From a virus: 64,000 bases of DNA. How positions within the stretch are numbered: the stretch's first letter is position 1; the number at the start of each line of letters is the position of its first letter. Location of the stretch: positions 1,939-65,938 of IMG/VR virus record IMGVR_UViG_3300029525_000001. The stretch is one strand, 5' to 3'. The notes beneath the pieces are model-generated. The model worked only from the letters and a program-made list of their open reading frames with translations. It searched no databases and had not been told where the DNA came from. Both the position numbers and the translations under genes were made by a program. This document shows positions 1 through 8,825 of the stretch, one piece after another.

Positions 1-386
1 ATGTCCTTTAGCAACTTAGATTCACGATAGCTGAGTTTTGGAGTAATGTCAAGATACAACATAGCGTTTATTACGCCAAAAAGCATACCGACAGCGTTTG
101 CAGCCAGTTTGCCGTTTGCGGTCGCTCTGTTTCTCAACTCGGTAAGTTCAACGTTTATTGCACGCTTGTGCGCTTCAACTTCTTTGAGCTTATCATCTAT
201 CATCTTTTCGTTGGCTGCAAGCATCTTGTACTTCTCGGCGTATTTCTCAACATCCTCGCTGTTCACATACAAGATGCCATGTTCGCCTACACAACTACCT
301 ATGAGACCTTGCTCAATGTAGTTACTGATTGTCTGTCTAGATAAACCAAGTATCTCGGCAGCTTTGTTTCTTGTGATTCTAGCCAT
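1..386 (-). CDS. HTH DNA-binding protein (excisionase/MerR-like N-terminus), truncated by the window edge
   Basis: Not in the ORF track. Manual translation from ATG 386 gives MARITRNKAAEILGLSRQTISNYIEQGLI..., an HTH pattern, and the frame stays open to position 1. Confidence 0.7.
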   Translation of the reverse strand, partial: MARITRNKAAEILGLSRQTISNYIEQGLIGSCVGEHGILYVNSEDVEKYAEKYKMLAANEKMIDDKLKEVEAHKRAINVELTELRNRATANGKLAANAVGMLFGVINAMLYLDITPKLSYRESKLLKD

Positions 387-558
387 ATTACTAACTCTTT
401 TATTGTTTCAGATTTAAATCTGCCAATCTCAGCTCTAGCTGCTGAATAACGTTGTCGATTGTCTTTCCCTTATAGTCAATGGCAATCTCGTTCAATGTTG
501 CAATCTGAGCTTCAATTCTAATTCTGTCTCCCACTGTCATCATAATCAATATTGTTTA

Positions 559-909
559 TTAAGATGCGGTGCTTGCAAAGTTGTAGTGTACAACATAAAC
601 ATAACCGCCATACATCTTTCCGTAAGTAACCTCTGTGAAGTCAAAGATAATATCTCCACAATCCTTGTATGGAATCAAAGGTTCAATATGGAATGCTTTG
701 TATTTCGTATAATAACTACTTACTTCTTGTGAAAGCAACTGCTTAAAAATATCCACTTCTCCATACTTTGTGAATACACCTTTGAACTCGTTTTCATTGT
801 CTATAGCAACAACTACTCCAAGTTCTTTCTTGATACGTACACCCTCATATTCGTTGCAAACGCCGTTAAATATTGTTGATGTAGTAAGAACCCCTTTAAT
901 CTCTTCCAT
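559..909 (-). CDS. hypothetical protein
   Basis: 116-aa ORF co-oriented with its neighbours. Confidence 0.6.
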   Translation of the reverse strand: MEEIKGVLTTSTIFNGVCNEYEGVRIKKELGVVVAIDNENEFKGVFTKYGEVDIFKQLLSQEVSSYYTKYKAFHIEPLIPYKDCGDIIFDFTEVTYGKMYGGYVYVVHYNFASTAS

Positions 910-1132
910 ATATCAATTTCTTAAAATGTGAACACTAACAGCCTTGTTTACTGCATTAGGCTGCGATTCGTTAAAACTCTTGATAAAGTTACGTTCCATT
1001 TCTTCAGGAAACATAGCTTTTTTCGGTTTCGGCATTGATAACGTGCCTACTACTTTGTGCCCCCCCCGTAAGCGTAATTACGCACTTACGAGTGATTGTT
1101 TCTTCTCCAAACATATTCTCTAAATTTAAACG

Positions 1133-1432
1133 TTATTTTTTAGCATTCAGTAATCTTGCCTGCTTTTCTTTCATAGACTTGATGATAGTGTTCTGAACCT
1201 TCTCAATCACGAACTTTGGGGTCTCATTATCACGAATAAAAATCGGATAATAATACTTATGCCGATTGAAGAACTTCGCATCATCATCACCTGAAATCTT
1301 GATAAAAATACAAAGTTCAGACAATACAAGGTCACTATGACCTTTTCTGCCCTTATGTTTAGGTTCAGAGTATTTGATGTTATTATCACCAAGGAACTTC
1401 TTTACCTTCTCTAACTTTGTTTCATTCTTCAT
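1133..1432 (-). CDS. hypothetical protein, weak PD-(D/E)xK/DUF559-like pattern
   Basis: 99-aa ORF with a HSDLVLSELCIFIKISG segment; the catalytic pattern is degenerate. Confidence 0.45.
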   Translation of the reverse strand: MKNETKLEKVKKFLGDNNIKYSEPKHKGRKGHSDLVLSELCIFIKISGDDDAKFFNRHKYYYPIFIRDNETPKFVIEKVQNTIIKSMKEKQARLLNAKK

Positions 1433-1551
1433 AATAAAATATCTTTTTAATTAAACAATCATGTTACTCACACGCACGTTAGTATAATAAACTATTCATA
1501 GATTACCACTAACTAATAGTGTGAAAACGTCAAAAACAGAAACACTAGCAT

Positions 1552-2412
1552 TTAATCAGGCATTCCGTATCCATTATTCATTTGAACAAAACTGCCTTTG
1601 CTAGTTGTTTCAGTACCTATCTGACTTTTCTTTCTTCTGCATCCATATCCGTATATGATGTGCCGACCACAACTTCTTTTTGCGTCTCTGCTTGTTATCT
1701 CGTATGAACATGGTATGCAAACATAAGCGTTATCACCAATCTCAAAAGTCTGATTCTTACGACCGAACCTAATCAGCATTGTTTCTACTTGATTTGGTAC
1801 ACGCTTGTCTGCCATGTGCAGTTCGGCATAAGTTGATTTAATCTGCTCTTTCTTGATTAAACGTTTCTTGATACCACTAACAGAACCATGCGACAAACCG
1901 ATAGCACTCTGTAATTGTTTCATTGTGATAAAGGTTGAGCGACACAAGCGATTTGATTTCTTATTACCACTAACGTGTGAGCTGTTCGCCTCCTGGCTAC
2001 CAATCTGAAACAGAAACAGAAGTTCATTCAGTCTGTTATATATATCCTTTAGTGTATATTGTTTGTTCACTTCAATTGTGAACATCTTTGCACCTTTGAA
2101 AACTCTTCCGTTTTTATCAAGTTTCCTTGTATCATCCTTAAATGATGTAACAATAAAGCGACCATCCTCTTTAACAGAGAATAAATCATCTGTCTTGATA
2201 GCATTAAGCAACAGTTGAGCCTTTGGTTGTGAAATGTGAAGGGTACGCATCAGTTGTCTTGTACCCATATCAAACATTATAGAATTACTATGCTGCATCT
2301 TACACCAAATAGCAAAGCACAATATAGTCATACGCTTACTCCTTTCTACCTTGGAGTAACCGCAAGCATATCGCTCTACCAGTTCTACATTGATGTTTAG
2401 ATGTCTCCGCAT
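1552..2412 (-). CDS. winged-HTH DNA-binding protein, possible replication initiator
   Basis: Basic 286-aa ORF with two HTH-like segments (TRQLMRTLHISQPKAQLLL; TMKQLQSAIGLSHGSVSGIKKRL) and its own promoter. The initiator role is inference. Confidence 0.45.
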   Translation of the reverse strand: MRRHLNINVELVERYACGYSKVERSKRMTILCFAIWCKMQHSNSIMFDMGTRQLMRTLHISQPKAQLLLNAIKTDDLFSVKEDGRFIVTSFKDDTRKLDKNGRVFKGAKMFTIEVNKQYTLKDIYNRLNELLFLFQIGSQEANSSHVSGNKKSNRLCRSTFITMKQLQSAIGLSHGSVSGIKKRLIKKEQIKSTYAELHMADKRVPNQVETMLIRFGRKNQTFEIGDNAYVCIPCSYEITSRDAKRSCGRHIIYGYGCRRKKSQIGTETTSKGSFVQMNNGYGMPD

Positions 2413-2560
2413 AACAAAAAAGAAAGGATTCCAATAAGTGTAGTGGCACTTAATGAAATCCCTATATTTTTAATCTCTTCGGTCTCTTTCGAGCACCTAC
2501 TTAAAAAATATCATTATGTTACAAGCTGTAATTTACCACTACATCACGCTTTTTCGAGCA

Positions 2561-2568
2561 CAAAGATA
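2561..2568 (-). promoter_or_regulatory. Bacteroidales -7 promoter box upstream of ORF 2412
   Basis: TATCTTTG on the minus strand matches TAnnTTTG. Confidence 0.55.
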
Positions 2569-2682
2569 AGCATTTTATTTCAGACTGAGTGTACTTATTT
2601 TTCCGTTAAAATTATTAATGTGGGATAATGAGAGATACGGGTATTTTAGAGAAAATATTATGTTTGTTTAACACACAAAAAT

Positions 2683-2847
2683 GCCCCACACCACCAAAAA
2701 ATGATGATGCAGGGCGATATGATAGGTATAAAAGAAATGCGAAAGGAAAGCCCCACCATTGAGCACCAACGGCAGGGCTGAGATAGATAGATGAGTTCCA
2801 ATGAATAATTGCTTTGCAAAGATAGGCAAAATATCTGAGAACTCAAA
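2683..2847 (-). ncRNA. candidate small RNA: promoter followed by two terminator hairpins
   Basis: TTTG (2847-2844)-19 nt-TATCTTTG (2824-2817), then GC-rich hairpins at 2749-2779 and 2683-2715 each followed by T-rich tails. No credible ORF. Confidence 0.5.
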
Positions 2848-2945
2848 GAGATAGTGAAAATTTCTTCTGTAAGCGGCTAAAATAGTTCGTTGGTATGATT
2901 TATCGGTTCGATAGCTTCATAGGCTTAGATAGGGGCTAAAATAAA

Positions 2946-2975
2946 TCCTCGCCTACCACAATAGGTAAGCGAGGA
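2946..2975 (-). terminator. intrinsic terminator
   Basis: TCCTCGCTTACC-TATTGT-GGTAGGCGAGGA followed by TTTATTTT, downstream of ORF 2995-3252. Confidence 0.75.
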
Positions 2976-2994
2976 ACTATATATGTACGATTAC

Positions 2995-3252
2995 TTAGTC
3001 CTTAATAGCCTCATTGACCTCGTAATCCATAATCTTTGCCATAGTGTTGCTGATTAACGTGCTCATTACGTTGTACTGGCTGGCAAACTTATCGTCTATT
3101 CTGTCATTCACAAGCACGCCATACTCTTCCTTGGCTCTATCGACCTCGCTCATAAAGTCCACGTACACCTCACGTAACTTGATGAGGGTCTTAGCCAACT
3201 TTGGCTGCTCCACGTTCTGCAACAATGTTGCATTGATATTCTGTCCGTTCAT
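2995..3252 (-). CDS. hypothetical protein
   Basis: 85-aa ORF directly downstream of the antirepressor and followed by a terminator. Confidence 0.65.
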   Translation of the reverse strand: MNGQNINATLLQNVEQPKLAKTLIKLREVYVDFMSEVDRAKEEYGVLVNDRIDDKFASQYNVMSTLISNTMAKIMDYEVNEAIKD

Positions 3253-3266
3253 ATTCTAATCTCCTA

Positions 3267-4103
3267 TTAATTTAAATTGAGTGATGTCTGGCTATTCAAG
3301 CCAACAATGGTGAGCAATTCCATAAATGTAGCATCATACCAACGTATCTGTGTCTGCTGCTGAAACTTAGGGTCTTGCTGATTCTGTCCGTACTTGTCAA
3401 AGGCTGGAGTGATAACATACCAGCTATGCACCTTTCCTCGCTTTCCTGGGCGAGTGGCGTGCTTCACTACTCCTTTGAGTTCAAGCATACGATTGAATGC
3501 TTGTGCTGAGATACCAACGTTGTGTGACTTCAATAAGTCTGTGGCAGCGTGCGTAATCGGCTTTTCCGTTCCTGCATTTACTGCATCTGGCAATTCGGCA
3601 GCCAATCCGAACTTGTCGCTAATCTTCTTTGCCCATCCAAGTTTGGATGCCTCGTTGATGTTGAGGGTCTTGATAGCCCAATCCGCAAACGTGAGGTTGG
3701 CTTGTAACTGCTCATTCAATGTTGCACTTGATACATTTGCGCTGTACTGACCTGTCTTGCGGATAGATGGCAATACTTCGCTTGTTACCCAATGTTTGAA
3801 CTCTTTGGCACGCTCCTGCTTGCTACTAAAGATGAGGGAGTAAACACCACTTTCATTGATGAATGTTGTATTAACTGTCTGATAAGCATCTGTTCCGTCT
3901 GCCTTCTTACCAGTAACTACCCCTATGTCACGTTTCAGTATATCTCTACTATCCACGTGGTCTGCAACCGCCTTTCGACCATTTGCGTATTCGAGTGCAT
4001 GCGTAACATCGTTTGCGCAAAACAACAATTCACCACTTGCGTTATCATCAATAACGCGAACTTGCCCAAATACTGGGTGATTAAAAACCTTAACTGCGTC
4101 CAT
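3267..4103 (-). CDS. Bro-N domain phage antirepressor with KilA-C/ANT-like C-terminus
   Basis: FNHPVFGQVRVI...LFCANDV...FINESGVYSLIFSSK...AKEFKHWVTSEVLPSIRKTGQY is the Bro-N signature. Probable start ATG 4103. Confidence 0.9.
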   Translation of the reverse strand: MDAVKVFNHPVFGQVRVIDDNASGELLFCANDVTHALEYANGRKAVADHVDSRDILKRDIGVVTGKKADGTDAYQTVNTTFINESGVYSLIFSSKQERAKEFKHWVTSEVLPSIRKTGQYSANVSSATLNEQLQANLTFADWAIKTLNINEASKLGWAKKISDKFGLAAELPDAVNAGTEKPITHAATDLLKSHNVGISAQAFNRMLELKGVVKHATRPGKRGKVHSWYVITPAFDKYGQNQQDPKFQQQTQIRWYDATFMELLTIVGLNSQTSLNLN

Positions 4104-4151
4104 TACAATTAATTTTAGACGTAAAACAAATGTAGGGTTGATACACAAAGA

Positions 4152-4355
4152 AGGTGCATCGCTACCCTCTGTCTATGCCTAATTGTGGAAAGCACGCACA
4201 TACCATTACAATATGCGCAAGGGGCGATACACCTAATATCTTTGATATATGGTTATATCGTATTCTCGTAAGATAAGCGAGCATAAAAAATGCCCCACTG
4301 TTTTGCAGCAGAGCTTCCAACCTCGCCACAATTATTTATAGACGCTGCAAAGATA
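4152..4355 (-). promoter_or_regulatory. structured antirepressor leader: promoter, attenuator-like hairpin and branched RNA complementary to the leader 5' end
   Basis: TATCTTTG at 4355-4348; hairpin plus T-run at about 4285-4314; closing stem AGGTGTATCGC/GCGATGCACCT (4234-4152) enclosing CCACAATTA and ATAGAC, complementary to leader TAATTGTGG and GTCTAT. Confidence 0.6.
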
Positions 4356-4490
4356 CGAAAAATATTCCAATCTTGCGTGTGCTAAGTAATCCTTTAACCA
4401 AACTTTAACATTTGGCAGTTATTAATTATTCGATTAATTTGTTTTTGGGTATAATAAATCCCCACCTATGCTTGATAGATGGGGAAATGA

Positions 4491-4751
4491 TTATTCGTCA
4501 ACAGTCAATCCCTTACGTAAAGCCTTTTCTCTTAATTCTTGATAAGCTTTCTGCTTTTCGTAGGCATTGCCATTGTTATACATATTCTCTAACTCCTGTA
4601 ATTCAATCATTTCTTGTCTGTGTTCTCTTTCGATGCGGTCTATTTTCTTTTTATATTCAATATAATGCCAAATGTAATCAATGGCAAATATGACCACAAT
4701 AAAGGCGGCAATACCAAGAATGATTTTCTTTGTTTTGCTTAAATTTCTCAT
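4491..4751 (-). CDS. small membrane-anchored protein
   Basis: N-terminal hydrophobic helix IILGIAAFIVVIFAI followed by a coiled coil. Confidence 0.7.
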   Translation of the reverse strand: MRNLSKTKKIILGIAAFIVVIFAIDYIWHYIEYKKKIDRIEREHRQEMIELQELENMYNNGNAYEKQKAYQELREKALRKGLTVDE

Positions 4752-4792
4752 ATCCGATATTATTTTAATTCACAATCCAATTTCCAAGAACA

Positions 4793-5362
4793 TTAGAATG
4801 GTGAAAAGTCCAGTCCTTTTTCTATAAACCTTTCAACGTTAAAAAAGTACTGCCCTTTATCGCAAAGCTGATATATGATTTTTGAGCGCATTTCGTTATC
4901 ACCATTTGTAATAAGCGGAAGGCAGCAACAATCTTTTGATATGTTGTTCAGAAACTTATCCATTCTATCTCTATCCAGTACTATCATACATTCGTTTTTT
5001 GGTGCATTTTTACACATAAGCAAATATATGTCCTCGTCTTGCTCGACTGCACCATACTTATTCTTAACCGCAACCCTACAATTTGCGAGGTAGATGGAAT
5101 CGGAAAGTATTAAGTCTGAGGATTCTAAAACCTTTCCGTAATCAGGGTCACTCGAAATCTGTCTTTTGAGAAGTCTAGTTAAGCTATTCAAAGAAAACTT
5201 CTTGAAGTTGGCAACCTTCGCAATAGAATCTTTCTTTACCTTTGCGATAGAATCTGCTCGTAATTGTGCAGGTGTTTTTTCGGGAACTTTTGGCTTAATG
5301 CTGCAACTAGAAACAAACCCCACGGCAATCATAATTGCCATAAGCATTAAAATCTTTTTCAT
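4793..5362 (-). CDS. putative lipoprotein
   Basis: Signal peptide MKKILMLMAIMIAVGFVSSC with a lipobox Cys. Confidence 0.75.
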   Translation of the reverse strand: MKKILMLMAIMIAVGFVSSCSIKPKVPEKTPAQLRADSIAKVKKDSIAKVANFKKFSLNSLTRLLKRQISSDPDYGKVLESSDLILSDSIYLANCRVAVKNKYGAVEQDEDIYLLMCKNAPKNECMIVLDRDRMDKFLNNISKDCCCLPLITNGDNEMRSKIIYQLCDKGQYFFNVERFIEKGLDFSPF

Positions 5363-5369
5363 TTATAGT

Positions 5370-5393
5370 GACTTAACCGTGGTGTCGAGGGCT
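5370..5393 (-). repeat. intergenic repeat family R1, copy 1
   Basis: AGCCCTCGACACCACGGTTAAGTC, 7 nt upstream of ATG 5362. Confidence 0.85.
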
Positions 5394-5402
5394 ATACGAT
5401 TA

Positions 5403-5918
5403 TTAATCATTATTGTCTATTTCTCTTCCGTTAATGGCTGTATTTACCATAGCTTGAAAATACAGGTAGTTAGCCTTTGCATCTTCTTTGCTCATACCTT
5501 TCTTGATAAATTCATCATAAACAGCCTTTGATGAGCCATATAGAAAACCTTTATCAACATCATTAATGGCTTCTTTAATTGAGTTTCTTCTGTCCTTTTG
5601 GTTTTCCATATCCAAAAGAGCCTCACAATATGTTGTTTTCCCTTCATCGTCTTTAGCTAACTTAATGAAGGTGTACTCCATCTTTGATGAATTATATCCA
5701 CCAAAACCATTCTGACCTCTACCAATAAAAGAGATAGTACACATAGAATCGTTGGAGAAAACGACTTTCTCGTTTGTGATTTTGAAAGTTTCTGGATTTT
5801 TTGCCAGTTCTTCCATCGTGTCACGTAATTGTCTCTTCGCTTTCTTCTCTAACGAATTGCAAGAAGAAAGAGAAATCACGGCAATCATAATTGCCATAAA
5901 CATCAAAATCTTTTTCAT
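5403..5918 (-). CDS. putative lipoprotein, paralogue of 4793-5362
   Basis: MKKILMFMAIMIAVISLSSC lipobox; near-identical signal-peptide DNA; shared N-x-[FY]-G-[GA] motif. Confidence 0.75.
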   Translation of the reverse strand: MKKILMFMAIMIAVISLSSCNSLEKKAKRQLRDTMEELAKNPETFKITNEKVVFSNDSMCTISFIGRGQNGFGGYNSSKMEYTFIKLAKDDEGKTTYCEALLDMENQKDRRNSIKEAINDVDKGFLYGSSKAVYDEFIKKGMSKEDAKANYLYFQAMVNTAINGREIDNND

Positions 5919-5968
5919 AATTATATTTATTACAGAAAACTAATAATTTCTTTTGGGTTTTACATTGA

Positions 5969-6782
5969 TTAATCGCAATAAAACTGCTCTGTTTCGTAAA
6001 CTGGGTCTTTGAAATCAACAACGTCACCATCCTCATCTATGATTTCCTTAACTCCATCATAGACTTCATAATGAAAGTTATTGCTGCGACCTTCCCAACA
6101 GTTATCATTGTCGCATACCTTATCATACCCTTTCGTATTGTCGGTACAATATTGCTTTGCTTCATCCAATGTATCAAACTCTACAACATTGTTTATCTCA
6201 ACAGTATTATTGTAATATATCTGATATTTCTTCATATCCGTAAGTTTAAATGGTTAGTTACTCTGGAAGATAATTATAATTATCATTAAGATATTCCTTC
6301 AATTCCTCAATCTGCTCATCGGTTGGCTCGCAAGCTGGCTCTTCAAGTTCTGAATCATCGAACATATCAAACCAACCACAATCCGCATTCTCGGATATTG
6401 TAATGATGTAGTCTGCGATAGACTTATATCCACCCTCCTTGATATACTGAGCGTTGTCATGCGCAATGCTCTGTACGTATGTATCAATAGATTTTCTCAT
6501 GTCATAATGACTTAACCGTGATGTCGAGGGCTGAATCTGTTAGTTGATTTCAATCTCGCTATTGAAGTAGCTATCTTCTCCAACTGCGAATGGTAGCTGA
6601 ACGTTGTTAATACGTACTTCATAGTCTGAATATACTCGTTCTTTCTTTCCGTCTTCGTAGTGAACATCACCAATCAATACTCCATTTGGAGTAGATGGCT
6701 TTACTATCTGTGCAGGAACTTTGATGTATTGAGCAACATCAGATAATCTTACTTCGTTGTACTTTGATGTCTTAATCTTCAT
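5969..6782 (-). other. three small hypothetical CDSs (5969-6235, 6258-6500, 6540-6782); the first two are very acidic
   Basis: Tightly packed co-oriented ORFs of 80-88 aa. Confidence 0.7.
6509..6532 (-). repeat. intergenic repeat family R1, copy 2
   Basis: AGCCCTCGACATCACGGTTAAGTC (23/24 identical to copy 1), 8 nt upstream of ATG 6500. Confidence 0.85.
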
Positions 6783-6790
6783 AACTTATT

Positions 6791-6815
6791 CGCTTAACCG
6801 TGATGCGATATGGCT
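6791..6815 (-). repeat. intergenic repeat family R1, copy 3 (covarying)
   Basis: AGCCATATCGCATCACGGTTAAGCG, 8 nt upstream of ATG 6782. Confidence 0.7.
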
Positions 6816-6957
6816 ATATATTTATATTATTTTCAAAAGATAACGCAATATGCGTCATTATATTGTGTGTAGGGCAGAAATTTTAATCTTTATTTCTGCC
6901 CATGGCGCAATCGAACAATGTGCCGATTAGCCAAATTGCTATTAAGAATGCCATAAC

Positions 6958-8019
6958 TTAAACCTCCTCTGTATTATTATTGTTGTTATTCAGTTCCTTG
7001 TAATACTGCTGAATCTCCTCATCAGTCATACCCTTTTCTCGCATTACACGATAGTTTGCAGAACCACGTCTGAAATAAACCTGACTGCCATAGACTGAGC
7101 GTAGATTGTAATACGCACTTCTTACCAGTTCTTTCGTCAAAACCTTGCCAGTGGACGAATAAACACCCATCTGCTGCAACATCATAGCTGCATCCGCAAA
7201 GTTAGGTGTAGTCAATTCTGTGAAGTCATTGGTACACTTCTTAACCACATTCCATATAGCTTTGTTGCAAGGTTTCTCAGCAGCCTCTTTCTTGCGCTTT
7301 TCCGATGCTGCCTTCTGTGCATTTGATAAGTCACATTTTCTAGGTCTGCCCAACTTCTTAACGACCTTACCAGACTTTGAGATAAATTCTCCGTCTTGTG
7401 CCAACTTCTGCTTGCGTACTTCCAATGCGCTCTGTGTTCGCTCCTGTATGAGTTCACGCTCCATCTGTGCCGAGAATGAAAAAGCGAACAACAACATTTC
7501 GTCAATCGCTTTCAGATGGCTGCAATCAAGGTCAATACCCATCTGAACGATAACCAATCGCACGCCACGTGGTTTCAGCTCGTCATTTACAAACTTGTTG
7601 ATGTCGCTCATGGAACGACCGATACGGCTGACCTCTGACACGATAAGTATATCACCTTTATCAAGCATCGGCAATACTACCTTACCAAGGTTTCTATCCT
7701 TATAAGATACCTTACCCGATACTCCTTCCTCCTTCACTTCGTGAGTAGCTTTCAGATTGTGACAATTCAACCATTCGTTGATTGTTCTTTCTTGCTGCTC
7801 CAATGTCTGCTTTTCAGTAGAGACACGACTGTATATTATTACTTTCTGTTTTGGCTCATCATCATCGGTCATGTTTGCCTTTGCGTTGCAGCTTTTGTCA
7901 GAACGGCAAAGGTAGTGACCTTCTGCCATCATGCAATAAGGGCAATCCTTACAGCCGATGTTCACGATGTCGTATTTTACAGATGCGCCACCTTCATTCT
8001 TGATTTCTGTTGTCTTCAT
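6958..8019 (-). CDS. serine recombinase (resolvase/invertase family) with Cys-rich N-terminal extension
   Basis: IIYSRVSTEKQ catalytic motif, GDILIVSEVSRIGRS, and AQMERELIQERT. Confidence 0.9.
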   Translation of the reverse strand: MKTTEIKNEGGASVKYDIVNIGCKDCPYCMMAEGHYLCRSDKSCNAKANMTDDDEPKQKVIIYSRVSTEKQTLEQQERTINEWLNCHNLKATHEVKEEGVSGKVSYKDRNLGKVVLPMLDKGDILIVSEVSRIGRSMSDINKFVNDELKPRGVRLVIVQMGIDLDCSHLKAIDEMLLFAFSFSAQMERELIQERTQSALEVRKQKLAQDGEFISKSGKVVKKLGRPRKCDLSNAQKAASEKRKKEAAEKPCNKAIWNVVKKCTNDFTELTTPNFADAAMMLQQMGVYSSTGKVLTKELVRSAYYNLRSVYGSQVYFRRGSANYRVMREKGMTDEEIQQYYKELNNNNNNTEEV

Positions 8020-8075
8020 TTCTCCTATCTCCTATCCTATCTCTTATTACTTAAAACGTTACTTTCTTCTATTTA

Positions 8076-8801
8076 TTATCCACGATAATAGAATGAAACG
8101 TGAAAATCGCTACTTCTACGCTCTCGGTCATTCTCAATCACCCCAAACATATAAGTATCAATCACGTAATCTACATCATTGTTCTTGTCATGTTCAATTC
8201 TCTTCACCCATTCCTCAACAACATCAGGACACCAAGCATCGCCAAGGAATCTAACCAGCAATTTGTTATCGGTTTCCTGTCGTACCAATATTGGCTCGTT
8301 GCCGACAAATCCAACCTTTTCTGTATTATCTTTGTTCCAAGAATAATGTCCATCGTTAAATAAATCTTCTAACAAATCGTCAATGCCAAGGTCTTTTTCA
8401 TTAATAGGGCAATGAGTCGCCTTATCAATACCATCGTCTGCCCACTGTTCCAATGCTATATGAATATCTTCAGGAACACGGATAATGTCGCTTGAATTTT
8501 CTCCCCACCATTCCTTCTGATAAATAAAGAAACGACCAATGTCACCATTTGGGCATAACTTCTCACGGATAGACTTGAATATCTCCTCAGTCTTCTTGAG
8601 GTAGAAACGTCTGGTATTTGGATTTCTATAGTTAGTCATATACACCCAACATATAGTTCCTTCCTTTGAAATACCGCCAAGAATGTTTCTGAAACTGCAA
8701 CTATCATTACCAAATCCACCTTTGGTGATGGTTCTCTTCAATACTCGCTCCTCTTCTTTTGTAAGTTTGGATAAGCAATCTTCAATCTCTTTAGTCCACA
8801 T
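8076..8801 (-). CDS. hypothetical protein
   Basis: 241-aa ORF within the operon. Confidence 0.7.
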   Translation of the reverse strand: MWTKEIEDCLSKLTKEEERVLKRTITKGGFGNDSCSFRNILGGISKEGTICWVYMTNYRNPNTRRFYLKKTEEIFKSIREKLCPNGDIGRFFIYQKEWWGENSSDIIRVPEDIHIALEQWADDGIDKATHCPINEKDLGIDDLLEDLFNDGHYSWNKDNTEKVGFVGNEPILVRQETDNKLLVRFLGDAWCPDVVEEWVKRIEHDKNNDVDYVIDTYMFGVIENDRERRSSDFHVSFYYRG

Positions 8802-8825
8802 GATATAATCTCCTATAATTAATTG

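Noticed and set aside
5370..6815. R1 repeats as a CRISPR array
   Set aside because: Only three copies, separated by whole genes at irregular distances, and no cas genes.
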